NCBI RefSeq assembly: GCF_002158865.1
Contig: NZ_CP021455.1
Coordinates: forward strand, 1,096,835-1,160,834
DNA: 64,000 nucleotides
Source: Comamonas serinivorans
GTDB lineage: Bacteria; Pseudomonadota; Gammaproteobacteria; Burkholderiales; Burkholderiaceae_C
Direction: 5' to 3'
How positions within the stretch are numbered: the stretch's first letter is position 1; every line of letters begins with the position of its first letter. Of the stretch, positions 50,940 through 61,547 are shown piece by piece. Under the pieces are notes generated by a model, which was given only the letters and a program-made list of their open reading frames with translations, made no database searches and was not told where the DNA came from. Made by a program: the position numbers and the translations under genes.

Positions 50940-51644
50940 ATGCTGACCGCCGTGTCCCCGGAAGCGGTCGCCCTGGGCTCGCTGCTGGTCACGGTGGCTT
51001 GCTATGTGCTGAACAAACGCCTCTACCGCGCCTGCCCGCATGTGCTGCTGATGCCGTTGATCGCCACGCCCGCGCTGCTCATCGCGCTGGCCTGTGCGTT
51101 GCAGGTGAGCCATGGGCAGTACATGACCCACACGCACTGGCTGGTCTGGCTGCTGGGCCCCACCACGGTGGCGTTTGCCCTGCCGCTGTACGACCACCGG
51201 CAGGTGCTGGCGCGGCACGGGCTGTCCATCGGCACCGGGGTGGTGGTGGCCAGCGCCGTGTCGATCTGCACCACGGTGTGGCTGGCGCGTTGGCTGGGGC
51301 TGCCGGTGGCGGTGCAAAAAGGCCTGGCTGTGCGCTCGGTCACGACGCCGTTCGCCATCGAGGCCGAGCGCGCACTGGGCGGCCCGACCGACCTGGCCGC
51401 GCTGTTCGTGCTGTTGACGGGGGTGGCCGGCATGTTGCTGGGCGGGTTGGCCCTGCGCGGGCTGCCCCGCGTGCGCGAGCGCCTGGCCGGCGGCGCGGTG
51501 TTGGGCGCGGCGGCCCACGGCACGGGCGTGGCCACGGCGCGCCAGCTGGGCGAGGTGCAGGCGGTGGTCGCGTCGCTGGTGATGATGATCGCCGGGGCGG
51601 TGAACGTGCTGATCGCGCCGTGGGTGCGCCTGGTGTTCTTCTGA
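50940..51644 (+). CDS. LrgB/CidB family protein
   Basis: Polytopic. LrgB-like blocks (RSVTTPFAIEA). Confidence 0.75.
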   Translation: MLTAVSPEAVALGSLLVTVACYVLNKRLYRACPHVLLMPLIATPALLIALACALQVSHGQYMTHTHWLVWLLGPTTVAFALPLYDHRQVLARHGLSIGTGVVVASAVSICTTVWLARWLGLPVAVQKGLAVRSVTTPFAIEAERALGGPTDLAALFVLLTGVAGMLLGGLALRGLPRVRERLAGGAVLGAAAHGTGVATARQLGEVQAVVASLVMMIAGAVNVLIAPWVRLVFF

Positions 51645-51770
51645 CCCGTGTCGGCGTCGGCGCGATGCCGGCAGAGGTGACCGGCAGCTGGCTTTGGCAG
51701 CTTCGCGCTCGACACGGCGGCATGCGCCCCCCCAAAATGTTGTCGTTTGTAACGAAGCGAGGAGGCCGAC

Positions 51771-52634
51771 ATGGGCAACAGGGCATGCGCAAGCGGGGGC
51801 CGGTGCGGCGTGTTGGTCATCGGCGCCTGGCTGGCGGGCAGTGCCGCGGCGGCGGTGGTCACCACGCCGGCCGGGGTGCTGGTGGGGCCGGCCGGCGATG
51901 CGCCGGTGGCCGAGGTCTGGCAGCGCACCAACGTGCGCGTCGGGTCGTCGGCGGGCATCACGGCGGACTACCCGAACGCCAGCACGGCGTCGGGCCTGTT
52001 GACCTCGGACAGCGTGAACGGCAAGGCCGACTGGCAGTACCTGGCCGCCACCCCCTTGGGCCCCCTGAGCAGCTTCCGCTCGGCCACCTACCAGTGGTAC
52101 CGCGACGGCGCCAGCACCGTGGCGGGGCATTTCAGCCCGTTGCTGCGCATGCTGGTCGATGTGGATGGCAACCCGGCCACCACAGACCTGGCCTGGGTCA
52201 TTTACGAACGCGGCGCCATCGATGCCGTGACCCCGGTGCCAACCGACACCTGGGTCACCGAAACCATCGACGGCGACACGCGGGTGTGGGTGCATCAGGT
52301 GGGCTCGACCAACAACCAGGTGCCCTACACGCGGATGGCGGACTTCGCCGCCGGCACGCATGTGCCCGAAGCCGGCGGCACCCAGATCACGGGCGCCAGC
52401 CTGATCCTGGGCTTGCAGGCGGGCATCGGCTCGGGCTGGGACGGCGTGTTTCGCGGCGCGGTCGACCACATCGGCCTGGTGGCCCAGCGCAGCCTGGGGC
52501 CGGACAACTTCGAGCTGGCGCCCCCACCGCCGAGTCCCGCGCCCGCGGCCGTGCCGGCCGCATCGTGGTGGAGCCTGCTGGGACTGGGCAGCCTGCTGGT
52601 CTGCTGGGGCGCGTGGCGCCGCCGCAGGGCTTGA
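51771..52634 (+). CDS. secreted protein with C-terminal IPTL-CTERM-like sorting signal
   Basis: N-terminal signal peptide. C-terminus VPAASWWSLLGLGSLLVCWGAWRRRRA (motif, TM helix, Arg cluster). Confidence 0.5.
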   Translation: MGNRACASGGRCGVLVIGAWLAGSAAAAVVTTPAGVLVGPAGDAPVAEVWQRTNVRVGSSAGITADYPNASTASGLLTSDSVNGKADWQYLAATPLGPLSSFRSATYQWYRDGASTVAGHFSPLLRMLVDVDGNPATTDLAWVIYERGAIDAVTPVPTDTWVTETIDGDTRVWVHQVGSTNNQVPYTRMADFAAGTHVPEAGGTQITGASLILGLQAGIGSGWDGVFRGAVDHIGLVAQRSLGPDNFELAPPPPSPAPAAVPAASWWSLLGLGSLLVCWGAWRRRRA

Positions 52635-52901
52635 TGCACACGGGCTTGGCGTGGCTGGACGATGGCCTGGCCCACCAAGCCGCGCAGGACCTGGCCTCGG
52701 GCGGCGCGGCGTGCGCCCGCGCGCTCGCGTTGGTTCGGCCTCGCGTCCAACCGCCTGGTGCCCGCAGCACCCACCGCACGGCGGGCACAGGCCCGGCGAA
52801 AGCCTGGCCGGATCGGCACGGGAGCCGGCCGCGGCCGCACGCATACCCGTGAAGGCTGGATGAGGGCTGCATTCACTCCCGGGCGTCGTGACCGCCCGGG
52901 C

Positions 52902-53345
52902 TCACGCCAGGTACTGCGCGGCGAACTCGGCGCTGGGGGCAATGGGCGTGATCACGTCGATCAGCGTGCCCTCGGGCCCCTGGGCGATGAAGTGGCGCTG
53001 GCCAAAGGCCTCGCTGCGCAGCGGCAGCAGGATGGGCAGCACCTCGCGCAGGCGCGCCCACTCGGCGTCCACGTCCGCCACCTCCAGGTTCAGCAGCAGG
53101 CCGTGCGCCCGGGCGCCGCGCTGGGCTGCGGGCACGGTGTCGTGGCTGGCGTCCAGCACGGCCAGGTTGGCCTGAGGATTGCCCGCGGACTGCAGGTGCA
53201 CGTACCAGCTGCTCTCGAACAGGGCCTGAAAGTCGAAGTGGGTGCGGAAGAAGGTGGCGGTCTGCGCCACGTGGGCGGTCATCAGCACCGGGTAGAACGA
53301 GCGGATGGGCGACGCGGTGACAGGGCTGGCAGCAGGGGAGGGCAT
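52902..53345 (-). CDS. VOC (glyoxalase/bleomycin-resistance) family protein
   Basis: Paired beta-alpha-beta-beta-beta module pattern. ATG at 53345. Divergent from the TetR gene. Confidence 0.65.
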   Translation of the reverse strand: MPSPAASPVTASPIRSFYPVLMTAHVAQTATFFRTHFDFQALFESSWYVHLQSAGNPQANLAVLDASHDTVPAAQRGARAHGLLLNLEVADVDAEWARLREVLPILLPLRSEAFGQRHFIAQGPEGTLIDVITPIAPSAEFAAQYLA

Positions 53346-53354
53346 GGCGATTCC

Positions 53355-53400
53355 TTCAAAACATACAATCTGCATGTCTAAAGATTAAAACATACAGGCT
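53355..53400. promoter_or_regulatory. direct repeat AAACATACA-N2-CTGCA x2, candidate TetR operator between VOC and TetR genes
   Basis: aaacatacaatctgca and aaacatacaggctgca in an AT-rich 60-bp divergent intergenic region. Confidence 0.3.
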
Positions 53401-53406
53401 GCACGC

Positions 53407-54000
53407 ATGCAAGACAAGCCCACCCGAACCAACGCCGAACGCACGCAGGCCACGCGCGGTGCCCTCCTCACCGCGGCCCGCGCGCTGTTTGTGCAGCGCG
53501 GGTATGCCGACACCAGCACGCCCGAGATCGTGGCCGCCGCCGAGGTCACGCGCGGCGCGCTGTACCACCACTTCGCGGACAAGCGGGCGCTGTTCCTGGC
53601 CGTGGCGCAGGCTTCGGCGTTCGAGGTGGCCGAGGCCGTGGCGCACGCGAGCGACGGGGCCCCCGATGCCGTGCAGGCCCTGAACCGGGGCGCGCAGGCC
53701 TACCTGCAAGCCATGGCCGAGGCCGGGCGCGCGCGCGTGCTGCTCGTCGAGGCGCCGGCGGTGCTGTCGGCACCCGAGCTGCTGGCCCTGAGCGACCAGG
53801 CGGGTGCCCAGGCCTTGGCGCAGGGCCTGGGCGAGTTGTTTGGCGAGCGGGGCGTGGCGGTGCCCGCCGACGAACTGCATGCGCTGGCCCAGCTGTTGTC
53901 GGCCGCGTTCGACCGCATGGCCCTGGCGCTGGCGCGGGGCGAGGCGGTCGAACCCTATGCGGCCGCCATGCAGCGCCTGCTGGCGGGCTTGGCGGGCTGA
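53407..54000 (+). CDS. TetR/AcrR family transcriptional regulator
   Basis: N-terminal TetR HTH (TRGALLTAARALFVQRGYADTSTPEIVAAAEVTRGALYHHF). Confidence 0.8.
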   Translation: MQDKPTRTNAERTQATRGALLTAARALFVQRGYADTSTPEIVAAAEVTRGALYHHFADKRALFLAVAQASAFEVAEAVAHASDGAPDAVQALNRGAQAYLQAMAEAGRARVLLVEAPAVLSAPELLALSDQAGAQALAQGLGELFGERGVAVPADELHALAQLLSAAFDRMALALARGEAVEPYAAAMQRLLAGLAG

Positions 54001-54052
54001 GGAAGGCCTTTGGCGCGGGGCCGCTGCAGAAGCCGTGCTGCGCCGTTGTGGA

Positions 54053-54108
54053 GGATGAGTATCAGCCCATTGCCGTTCATCAACAAACGGTGATGGGGTG
54101 ATACGGTC
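54053..54108. repeat. SPR family copy
   Basis: GGATGAGTATCAGCCCATTGCCGTTCATCAACAAACGGTGATGGGGTGATACGGTC. Confidence 0.55.
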
Positions 54109-54127
54109 TGAAAATGGTTGAGGCCTG

Positions 54128-55264
54128 TCAAACGCCCATCTGGTCGAGTGCGGCCTGAAGCTGTGCCACGCTGCGGTCCACGTTGCCCCACTTGTCCAGG
54201 CCGAACAACCCGAGGCGGAAGGTCCGGAAGTCCGGCCCTTCGCCGCATTGCAGCGGCACGCCGGCGGCGGCCTGAACGCCCACGGCTGCGAACTTGCGCG
54301 TGTTCTGGATGTCCGGGTCGCTGGTGTAGCTCACCACCACGCCGGGCGACTGGAAGCCCGCGGCTGCCACGCTGGGGAAGCCGCGTGATTCGAGCAGGGC
54401 CCGCACCTGCGTGCCCAGCGCGATCTGCTGGTCGCGCAGCGTGGCCAGGCCGCGGTCGCGCGCTTCGAGCATGGTGTCGCGCACCTGGGCCAGTGCATCC
54501 GTGGGCATGGTGGTGTGGTAGGCGTGCTGGCCATTCACATAGCCTTCGGCGATCTGCAGCCACTTCTTCAGATCGCAGGCAAAGCTGGAACTGGTGGTGC
54601 CGTCGATGGCGGCGCGGGCACGCTCGTTCAGCATGACGAAGGCGCCGCAGGGCGAGGCGCTCCAGCCCTTTTGCGGGGCGCTGATGAGCACGTCGACGCC
54701 GGTTGCCGCCATGTCCACCCAGATCGCGCCCGAGGCGATGCAGTCCAGCACGAACAGCGCACCCACCTCGTGCGCGGCGTCGGCCACCGTGCGCAGGTAG
54801 TCGTCGGGCAGCAGGATGCCGCTGGCGGTTTCGCAATGCGGGGCGAACACGACCTTGGGCTTTTCGGCGCGGATGGTGGCCGCCACCTCGTCCGCCGGCA
54901 TGGGTGTCCAGGGCGCCTGCGGGCCGCTGCCGACCTGGCGGGCCGCGCAGACGGTGGCGCCGCCATTCAGGCCGAAATGGCCCATGTCGAAGATCTGCGA
55001 CCAGCGGAAGCTGAAGAAGCCGTTGCGCACGATGAGCACCTTTTCGCCGTTGGCGAACTGGCGGGCCACGGCCTCCATGCCGAAGGTGCCGCTGCCGGGC
55101 ACGATGGCTGCGGTGTGGGCGTTGTAGGTGGTCTTCAGCGTGGCCAGGATGTCCTGCATGACGCCGATGAAGCGCTGGGACATGTGGTTGAGCGCGCGGT
55201 CGGTGTACACGACCGAGAACTCGAGCAGGCCATCGGGGTCGACGTGGGGCAGCAGGGCGGGCAT
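54128..55264 (-). CDS. class V (AGXT-family) pyridoxal-phosphate aminotransferase
   Basis: Homology to serine-pyruvate/alanine-glyoxylate aminotransferases, including the SAPQKGW PLP-lysine region. Confidence 0.75.
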   Translation of the reverse strand: MPALLPHVDPDGLLEFSVVYTDRALNHMSQRFIGVMQDILATLKTTYNAHTAAIVPGSGTFGMEAVARQFANGEKVLIVRNGFFSFRWSQIFDMGHFGLNGGATVCAARQVGSGPQAPWTPMPADEVAATIRAEKPKVVFAPHCETASGILLPDDYLRTVADAAHEVGALFVLDCIASGAIWVDMAATGVDVLISAPQKGWSASPCGAFVMLNERARAAIDGTTSSSFACDLKKWLQIAEGYVNGQHAYHTTMPTDALAQVRDTMLEARDRGLATLRDQQIALGTQVRALLESRGFPSVAAAGFQSPGVVVSYTSDPDIQNTRKFAAVGVQAAAGVPLQCGEGPDFRTFRLGLFGLDKWGNVDRSVAQLQAALDQMGV

Positions 55265-55706
55265 GGGGGTCTCCGGGTGTGGGGTGGGCAATCGGCGTGC
55301 GGACGGTGCGACCGTGCGCGGTCTGCGCCGCAGGGCGCGCGGTGCGGGAACCTGGGGCCACCGGTTGGTGGCAGCGGCCCGATTCTAGGGCGTGCCTTCA
55401 GGTGCAGCGGCGGCCCGGCTGGGCGGGTTGGGCGGCATGGCTGCGGGCGGGTGCCGCTGTGCAAGGCATCGCCCGGGCGGTCGAGGCATCTTGGCCAGAG
55501 ATGGGTCGGGGCGGTCAGGTCGCGGCGGCTGAGCGATGGCGCCACGCTGGCGATGCTGCACGCCTTTTTCCGTCTCACCTGGGCTGTGCGCGGCCCGACG
55601 TGCTTGCCGCCATGGCGTTCAGCGTGGTGGGCCATTTCGCATCGCCGGCATCGGCGGTATGGGTGGGACGTGTGTGGCGTGAATGGCCAGTTCTGAGGTT
55701 TTGATG

Positions 55707-55760
55707 TGAGTATGGCCTCATTCCCGTTGTTCATTGAACGGGAACGAGGCCATACTCATG
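55707..55760. repeat. SPR family copy (near-perfect 54-bp palindrome)
   Basis: GTGAGTATGGCCTCATTCCCGTTGTTCATTGAACGGGAACGAGGCCATACTCATG. Confidence 0.65.
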
Positions 55761-55796
55761 TGCCATGATTCGCGCCACGCGTCAGCGCGCCGCTGC

Positions 55797-57044
55797 TTAC
55801 AGCCCGGTTTCCAGCGCCAGCAGGTCGTCCACGGTCTGGCGGCGGCGAATCAGCCGCGCCTGGCCGCCATCGACCAGCACCTCGGCCGCCAGCGGGCGCG
55901 TGTTGTAGTTGCTGGACATGCTGGCGCCATACGCGCCGGTGTCGTGAATCACCAGCAAGTCGCCGACCTGCGCGGCCGGCAGCATGCGCGGCAGCACCAC
56001 GCCGCCTTCGCCCTGGGTGAACACGTCCCCCGATTCGCACAGCGGGCCCGCCACCACGCTGGCCACCTCGGCGGCCTGGCTGCCATCCCGGCGCAGCAGG
56101 CCCATGGCGTGGTAGCTGCCGTACATGGAGGGGCGCATCAGTTCGTTGAAGCCCGTGTCGACCAGCACGAAATGCGAGCGGCCCTGGTTCTTGACGGCGC
56201 GCACCTGGCCCAGCAGCACGCCCGATTCGGCCACGAGGAAACGGCCGGGCTCGATCTCCAGGTGCAGGGCATGGCCCACGATGGCCTCGGCCTGCTGACG
56301 CGCGGCATGCCACAGGCTGAAGTAGTGCGCGGTGTCGATGCGATCGCCCCCCGCCTGGTAGGGGATGGACAGCCCGCCGCCGGCCGACAGGGCCTGCAGG
56401 TCCATGCCCGCGGCGCGGGTTTGCTCGACCAGGCCGACCATGGCGCCGCAGACGTTCTGCAGGTGGGCGTAGTCCACGCCCGAGCCGATGTGCATGTGCA
56501 GGCCGACCAGCGTCAAGCCATTGCGCTGCACGGCGGCCAGGGCCGCGGCCAGGTCGCCGTGCCAGATGCCGTGCTTGCTGTGCTCGCCGCCGGTGTTGGT
56601 CTTGTTGCTGTGGCCGTGGCCGAAGCCGGGGTTGATGCGCAGCCACACGGCATGGCCGGGCGAGGCCGCGCCGAGCTGGTCCAGCATGTCGATGGAGCCG
56701 GCGTTCACGGGCACGCGGTGTTCGACCACGGTGGCGAGCGTGGCCGGGTCGAACACGTCGGCCGTGAAGACGATGGGGGCGGGCTCGTCAAACCCGGGCT
56801 GGTAGCCGGCGGCCAGCGCGCGCAGGATCTCGCCGCGCGAGACGGCATCGACCCGGACGCCGCGCTCGCGCATCAGCGACAGGATGTGGATGTTGGAGCA
56901 GGCTTTTTGCGCAAAGCGCACGGTGTCGAAGGCCTGCAGCTGGGCGATGCGCTCGCGGATGGTGGCGGCGTCATACACCCACAGCGGGGTGCCGAACTCG
57001 TCGGCCAGGGCCCAGAGCTGGGCGGCAGAAAAAGGATTGGACAT
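55797..57044 (-). CDS. lysA: diaminopimelate decarboxylase
   Basis: Full-length LysA homology (FAQKACSN PLP-Lys region, GGGLSIPY, EPGRFLVAESG). Confidence 0.85.
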   Translation of the reverse strand: MSNPFSAAQLWALADEFGTPLWVYDAATIRERIAQLQAFDTVRFAQKACSNIHILSLMRERGVRVDAVSRGEILRALAAGYQPGFDEPAPIVFTADVFDPATLATVVEHRVPVNAGSIDMLDQLGAASPGHAVWLRINPGFGHGHSNKTNTGGEHSKHGIWHGDLAAALAAVQRNGLTLVGLHMHIGSGVDYAHLQNVCGAMVGLVEQTRAAGMDLQALSAGGGLSIPYQAGGDRIDTAHYFSLWHAARQQAEAIVGHALHLEIEPGRFLVAESGVLLGQVRAVKNQGRSHFVLVDTGFNELMRPSMYGSYHAMGLLRRDGSQAAEVASVVAGPLCESGDVFTQGEGGVVLPRMLPAAQVGDLLVIHDTGAYGASMSSNYNTRPLAAEVLVDGGQARLIRRRQTVDDLLALETGL

Positions 57045-57232
57045 GGGCAGGTGGCGTGGCGTCGGCCGGTGCAAGGCTGCGTGGCCGGTGAACCCGCGAT
57101 TGTCGCCGCAACGGCGCCAGGGGGCGCCGTGCGGGTGTGTCATTGAGGCGATGCAACAGGCGCCGGTGGCCTGCAGGCCATGGGCGGCATCGGCGGCCTT
57201 GCGCCGTGCGGGCTTGCCTGGGTGTCAGCCCC

Positions 57233-58801
57233 TTATCCGTTGTCGTCGCCGCCCTCGGGCAGGCGCTCGATCCGCACGGTCTTGATGCGCTGGGGATCCA
57301 CCTCGTCCACCGTGAACGCGTAGCCCTGGTGAACCGTGCTGGCGCCGCGCGCGGGCAGCTCACCAAACACGCGCAGCAGGTAGCCGGCCAGCGAATAGGC
57401 CTCGCTGCCCTGCACCAGGCCGTCCACGCCGAGGGTGCTTTCCAGCTGGTGCAGGTCAGCCGTGCCGGCCACGCGCCAGCGCCCGTCGCCGGCCGGCTGG
57501 ATCTCCAGCTGTTCGTCCTCGTCGGGGAATTCGCCGGCAATCGCTTCCAGCACGTCGATGGGGGTGACGATGCCCTTGAGGGTGCCGTCCTCGTCGTTGA
57601 CCAGCACCAGTTGGCCCTTGGCGCTTCGCAACACGCCGATCACGTCGATGACCAGCATGGATTCGGGCACGAACACGGGCTGGCGCAGGTAGCCGTTGGG
57701 CTCCAGCCGGCCCCTCTCTTCGATGGCGCCGAGCAGGTCCTTGGCGCGGGCCACGCCCAGCACCTGGTCCAGCGAGCCCTGGCACACCGGGTACATGCCG
57801 TGCGGCGCGGCCAGCAGCTTGCGTCGGTTCACGGCGCCATCGTCATCGACGTCCACCCACGAGATGTTGGAGCGCAAGGTCATGATGGAGCGCACGTTGC
57901 GCTCGGCCAGGCGCAGCACGCCGCCCACCATGTGGCGCTCTTCGGCCGCGAAGGCCGGTTCCGGGGCATCCGGCTCGGCTCCGCCACCCGCGGTGGCCGC
58001 CTGGGTGGCCTGCGCCGTCGTGCGGTGCCCCAACAGGCTCAGCACGCGCTCGGCCGTGCGTTGGCGCAGTGGCAGGCGCGCCTCGTGCTTGGCCGCGTTG
58101 CGGTTGGCCAGCTGGTTGAAGAACTCGATCAGGATGGAGAAACCGATCGCCGCGTACAGGTAGCCCTTGGGCAGGTGGAAGCCCAGGCCCTCGGCCACCA
58201 GCGACAAGCCGATCATGAGCAGGAAGCTCAGGCACAGCACGACGACGGTGGGGTGCGCGTTGACGAAGCGCGTGAGCGGCTTGGAGGCCAGCAGCATCAC
58301 GCCGATGGAGATGACCACGGCGGCCATCATCACGGGCAGCTGGTCCACCATGCCGACGGCGGTGATCACGGCGTCGAGCGAGAACACCGCGTCGAGCACC
58401 ACGATCTGCGCCACCACGAGCGAGAAGCTCGAGTAGGCGACTGTGGCGGTGGCCTGGTGCTGCACGCCTTCCAGCCGCTCGTGCAACTCCGAGGTGGCCT
58501 TGAACAGCAGGAACAGGCCGCCAAAGAGCAGGATCAGGTCGCGTCCCGAGAACGGATGGCCGAACACGTGGAACAGCGGTGACGTGAGCGTCACCAGCCA
58601 GGAGATCACCGACAGCAGGCCCAGGCGCATGATCAGCGCGAGGCTCAGTCCGATCACGCGGGCGCGGTCACGCTGGTGCGGCGGCAGCTTCTCGGCCAGG
58701 ATGGCGATGAAGATCAGGTTGTCGATGCCCAGGACGATTTCCAGGACGACGAGCGTGGCCAGGCCGACCCAGACGGCCGGGTCGGTCAGTAATTCAAGCA
58801 T
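57233..58801 (-). CDS. TerC-family membrane protein with CBS pair and CorC/HlyC C-terminal domain
   Basis: N-terminal TerC TM region ([16 protein letters not shown]). C-terminal CBS plus transporter-associated domain. Confidence 0.85.
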   Translation of the reverse strand: MLELLTDPAVWVGLATLVVLEIVLGIDNLIFIAILAEKLPPHQRDRARVIGLSLALIMRLGLLSVISWLVTLTSPLFHVFGHPFSGRDLILLFGGLFLLFKATSELHERLEGVQHQATATVAYSSFSLVVAQIVVLDAVFSLDAVITAVGMVDQLPVMMAAVVISIGVMLLASKPLTRFVNAHPTVVVLCLSFLLMIGLSLVAEGLGFHLPKGYLYAAIGFSILIEFFNQLANRNAAKHEARLPLRQRTAERVLSLLGHRTTAQATQAATAGGGAEPDAPEPAFAAEERHMVGGVLRLAERNVRSIMTLRSNISWVDVDDDGAVNRRKLLAAPHGMYPVCQGSLDQVLGVARAKDLLGAIEERGRLEPNGYLRQPVFVPESMLVIDVIGVLRSAKGQLVLVNDEDGTLKGIVTPIDVLEAIAGEFPDEDEQLEIQPAGDGRWRVAGTADLHQLESTLGVDGLVQGSEAYSLAGYLLRVFGELPARGASTVHQGYAFTVDEVDPQRIKTVRIERLPEGGDDNG

Positions 58802-59112
58802 GGTGGGGATGGGTTAGGCGCGAGACCGGCCAGGCCGGCAAGGGCTGCCGGCAGCGGTGCGCACAAGAAGATGGGGGACGACCAGCACGGGATGCTGGCG
58901 GGTGGTGTCGAGCAAGGCCGTCGACTGGGGGGCTCGGCGTCGCTTGACGCAGAAGGAGAGTCCATGCGCAAAATTTTATCGGGGCCTCGAATGTCCCCGA
59001 GAGGCCCGGGCCGAAGGGGGCTTTAGCGGGCCGCCGAAGGCTGGTGCCATCGACCGGATGTCCGACAGGCATGGTCGGTCCTTCTATGCTTGGCCGTTTG
59101 AGCGGATCTCGC

Positions 59113-59703
59113 ATGCACCTTTTTCCACCGGCACACCCCTTGCTCACGCCGCGGCTGCAACTGCGGCGTTTTCGCGACACCGACTTCGCCGCGTATGCCG
59201 CCTACCACGGTGACCCGCAGGTGTACCGCTTTCTGTACCAGGCCGCACCCGAGGCCGACCGGCTGGGAACGCAGTTCGCCGAGGTGTTGCGCGCACCGTT
59301 CGACGGCGATGGGCACGCCTTGCGCCTGGCGGCCGTGCGCCAGGCCGATGAGGCCGTTGTCGGTGAGGTGCTGCTCAAGATCGCCAGCCTCGCGGCCTTG
59401 CAGCTGGAGGTGGGCTACATCTTCAACCCGCGCTTTGGCGGCCAGGGCTATGCGACTGAGGCGGTGCGCGCCCTGCTGAATTGGGGCTTCGAGGGCATGG
59501 GCGCCCACCGGATCTTTGCGCGGCTGGATGCGCTCAACACGGCCTCTGTCAAGGTGGTGGAGCGCCTGGGCATGCGCCGGGAAGCCCACTTGATCCAGAA
59601 CGACCGGTTCAACGGTGTCTGGGGAGACGAGTACATCCATGCGTTGTTGCGGTCCGAGTGGCCGCAGGTGGCTGTGTGCCCTGGCCAGGGCCCAGCAGGA
59701 TGA
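59113..59703 (+). CDS. GNAT family N-acetyltransferase (RimJ/RimL-like)
   Basis: Acetyl-CoA binding motif region (RFGGQGYATEAVRALLNWGF). Confidence 0.7.
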   Translation: MHLFPPAHPLLTPRLQLRRFRDTDFAAYAAYHGDPQVYRFLYQAAPEADRLGTQFAEVLRAPFDGDGHALRLAAVRQADEAVVGEVLLKIASLAALQLEVGYIFNPRFGGQGYATEAVRALLNWGFEGMGAHRIFARLDALNTASVKVVERLGMRREAHLIQNDRFNGVWGDEYIHALLRSEWPQVAVCPGQGPAG

Positions 59704-60055
59704 GGTGTTCGGCCTGGGGCAGGCCAGATGCCGGTCGAGCGACCCGGCCTCGGTCCCGATGATGGGGTGGCGAGGCATCGCAGCGCCATCTTGGGTGACT
59801 ACGCGATGGCATCGCCCATGGCGAACACCCTCTGCATGACGTGGGCGGCCACGGGTGTGAGGCTGCGTCTTGCCTGCGCGACCTGGCCGGGGGTCTGCTG
59901 ATGGATGCCATCGGCGTCGTGGCCTTCGCGCCGGTGCTGCTGGCGCGGCGCTGCTGGGCGTGGCCCTGCTGCTGCAACGCAGATCGCCCGCTCACCCGGC
60001 GCTGCAAGCCTGCTGGGCCGTTGTCCAGCCATCCACATCGCAGTGCAATTCTTGT

Positions 60056-60109
60056 GCAGTATGGGTCAACTTCCGTTTGATTGACATCGGATATGCGGGT
60101 ATACCCATG
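60056..60109. repeat. SPR family copy
   Basis: GCAGTATGGGTCAACTTCCGTTTGATTGACATCGGATATGCGGGTATACCCATG. Confidence 0.55.
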
Positions 60110-60149
60110 TTGATGTGGCGTTTGCGGTGCCCGCCCCGAAGTCGGGTGA

Positions 60150-61547
60150 TCAGTCGCGTGCCGGGGCACCGCCTGCAGCCGGCTCCCCCGTGTCAGCGGC
60201 CCCAGCCTGGGGACCACCGGGCTCGGCATCCATGGAGAAGCCGATCGTCGTGCGGCCCTGGGCGGAATGGGCCGACGCCTGCCCGCCGTGCATGCGCGCA
60301 ACGGCGCTGACGATGGCCAGACCCAGGCCGTGGTGGCGGGCGGCGTCGGTGCGCGCGGCATCCACGCGGTAGAAGCGGTCGAACAGGTGCGGCAGGTGGC
60401 TGGCATCCAGGGGCGCGCCCTGGTTGCTCACCGCCAGCGTCACCTGGCCGTTGCCAGGGACGATGTCGATGCAGAGGTCGGAGCCCGCATCGGCATGGCG
60501 CACGGCATTCGACAGCAGGTTGGACAGGGCGCGCTCCACCAGCGGCTGGTCCAAGGCGCCGACGTGGTCGCCCCGAATCCGCAGGCCCAGACCGGCCTCG
60601 GCCAACTCGGCTTCGTGGTAGCTGGCGACCCGCTGTGCCACCGCAGCCAGGCTGGCGGGTGGGCCGCGCCGTGCGAGCGCCCCGCGGTCGGCCCGGGACA
60701 GGAACAACATGTCCTGAACGATGCTGGCCATGCGGTGCAGCTCTTCGAGGTTGGCGCCCAGCGTGTCGCGCAGGGTGCCCGCATCGCGTTGCCGCCGCAG
60801 GGCAATCTCGGTGCCGCCGATGAGGTTTGCCAACGGGGTGCACAGCTCATGCGCCACGTCGGCGTTGAAGCCCTCCAGCTGCTGGTAGGCGTGCTCCAGG
60901 CGCTCCAGCAGCGCGTTGAACTGCTCGACCAGGGGCCGCAGCTCGTCGGGCTGGCCGGCGAGCAGAAGGCGTTGGTGCAGGGTGTCGGCGCTGAGCTGGC
61001 GTGCCTGGTCGGTCAGCAGCCGCAAGGGGCGCAGGCCCTGCCGCACCAGGACAAAGCCGCCGGCCGAGATCAGCGCGGCCCCGATCACGCTCGCCAGCAC
61101 CAGGATCCAGGCGATGCGGGCCAGCAGCACTTGGTCGTCGTCGATCGACAGGCCGAGTTGGCCGCTCACCCGGGGTCGGCCTGCACCCGGCACACCCGGC
61201 AGGGCGCTCTCGATGGCCCGGGTGCGTTGGGCACGGCGGGGCACGTCGCCCGCTGGCGGGCGTGCATAGAACACCGTGCCGTCGGCGTGGCGCAGCACCA
61301 GCGACATGTCGCCATGCCCGAGCAGGAACTCATCGAGCCGATGGCGCAGGTCCGCCGCGCTGGACTCCGCGAACAGGTGCGCGAGCAGGGTGGTTTTCTC
61401 GTCGAGGAAGCGCGTCTGCCGCGATTCCAGCCCCATCGCAATCGCGGCATAGATGGCGAGGCAGATGGCGGCCAGGCCGGCCAGGCTTTGCAACGCCAGC
61501 CACATCGACAGGCGTCGGCCCAGGGAATGAGGGCTGTGCGCTGTCAC
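60150..61547 (-). CDS. heavy-metal-type sensor histidine kinase (CusS/CzcS-like)
   Basis: Two TM, HAMP, H-box (ADVAHELCTPLA), N/G1/G2 ATPase motifs. GTG start overlapping the response regulator stop. Confidence 0.85.
   Translation of the reverse strand: MTAHSPHSLGRRLSMWLALQSLAGLAAICLAIYAAIAMGLESRQTRFLDEKTTLLAHLFAESSAADLRHRLDEFLLGHGDMSLVLRHADGTVFYARPPAGDVPRRAQRTRAIESALPGVPGAGRPRVSGQLGLSIDDDQVLLARIAWILVLASVIGAALISAGGFVLVRQGLRPLRLLTDQARQLSADTLHQRLLLAGQPDELRPLVEQFNALLERLEHAYQQLEGFNADVAHELCTPLANLIGGTEIALRRQRDAGTLRDTLGANLEELHRMASIVQDMLFLSRADRGALARRGPPASLAAVAQRVASYHEAELAEAGLGLRIRGDHVGALDQPLVERALSNLLSNAVRHADAGSDLCIDIVPGNGQVTLAVSNQGAPLDASHLPHLFDRFYRVDAARTDAARHHGLGLAIVSAVARMHGGQASAHSAQGRTTIGFSMDAEPGGPQAGAADTGEPAAGGAPARD

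Noticed and set aside
55279-55704. 141-aa ORF in the aminotransferase/lysA spacer
   Set aside because: Weak codon bias, no RBS, no homology recognised.
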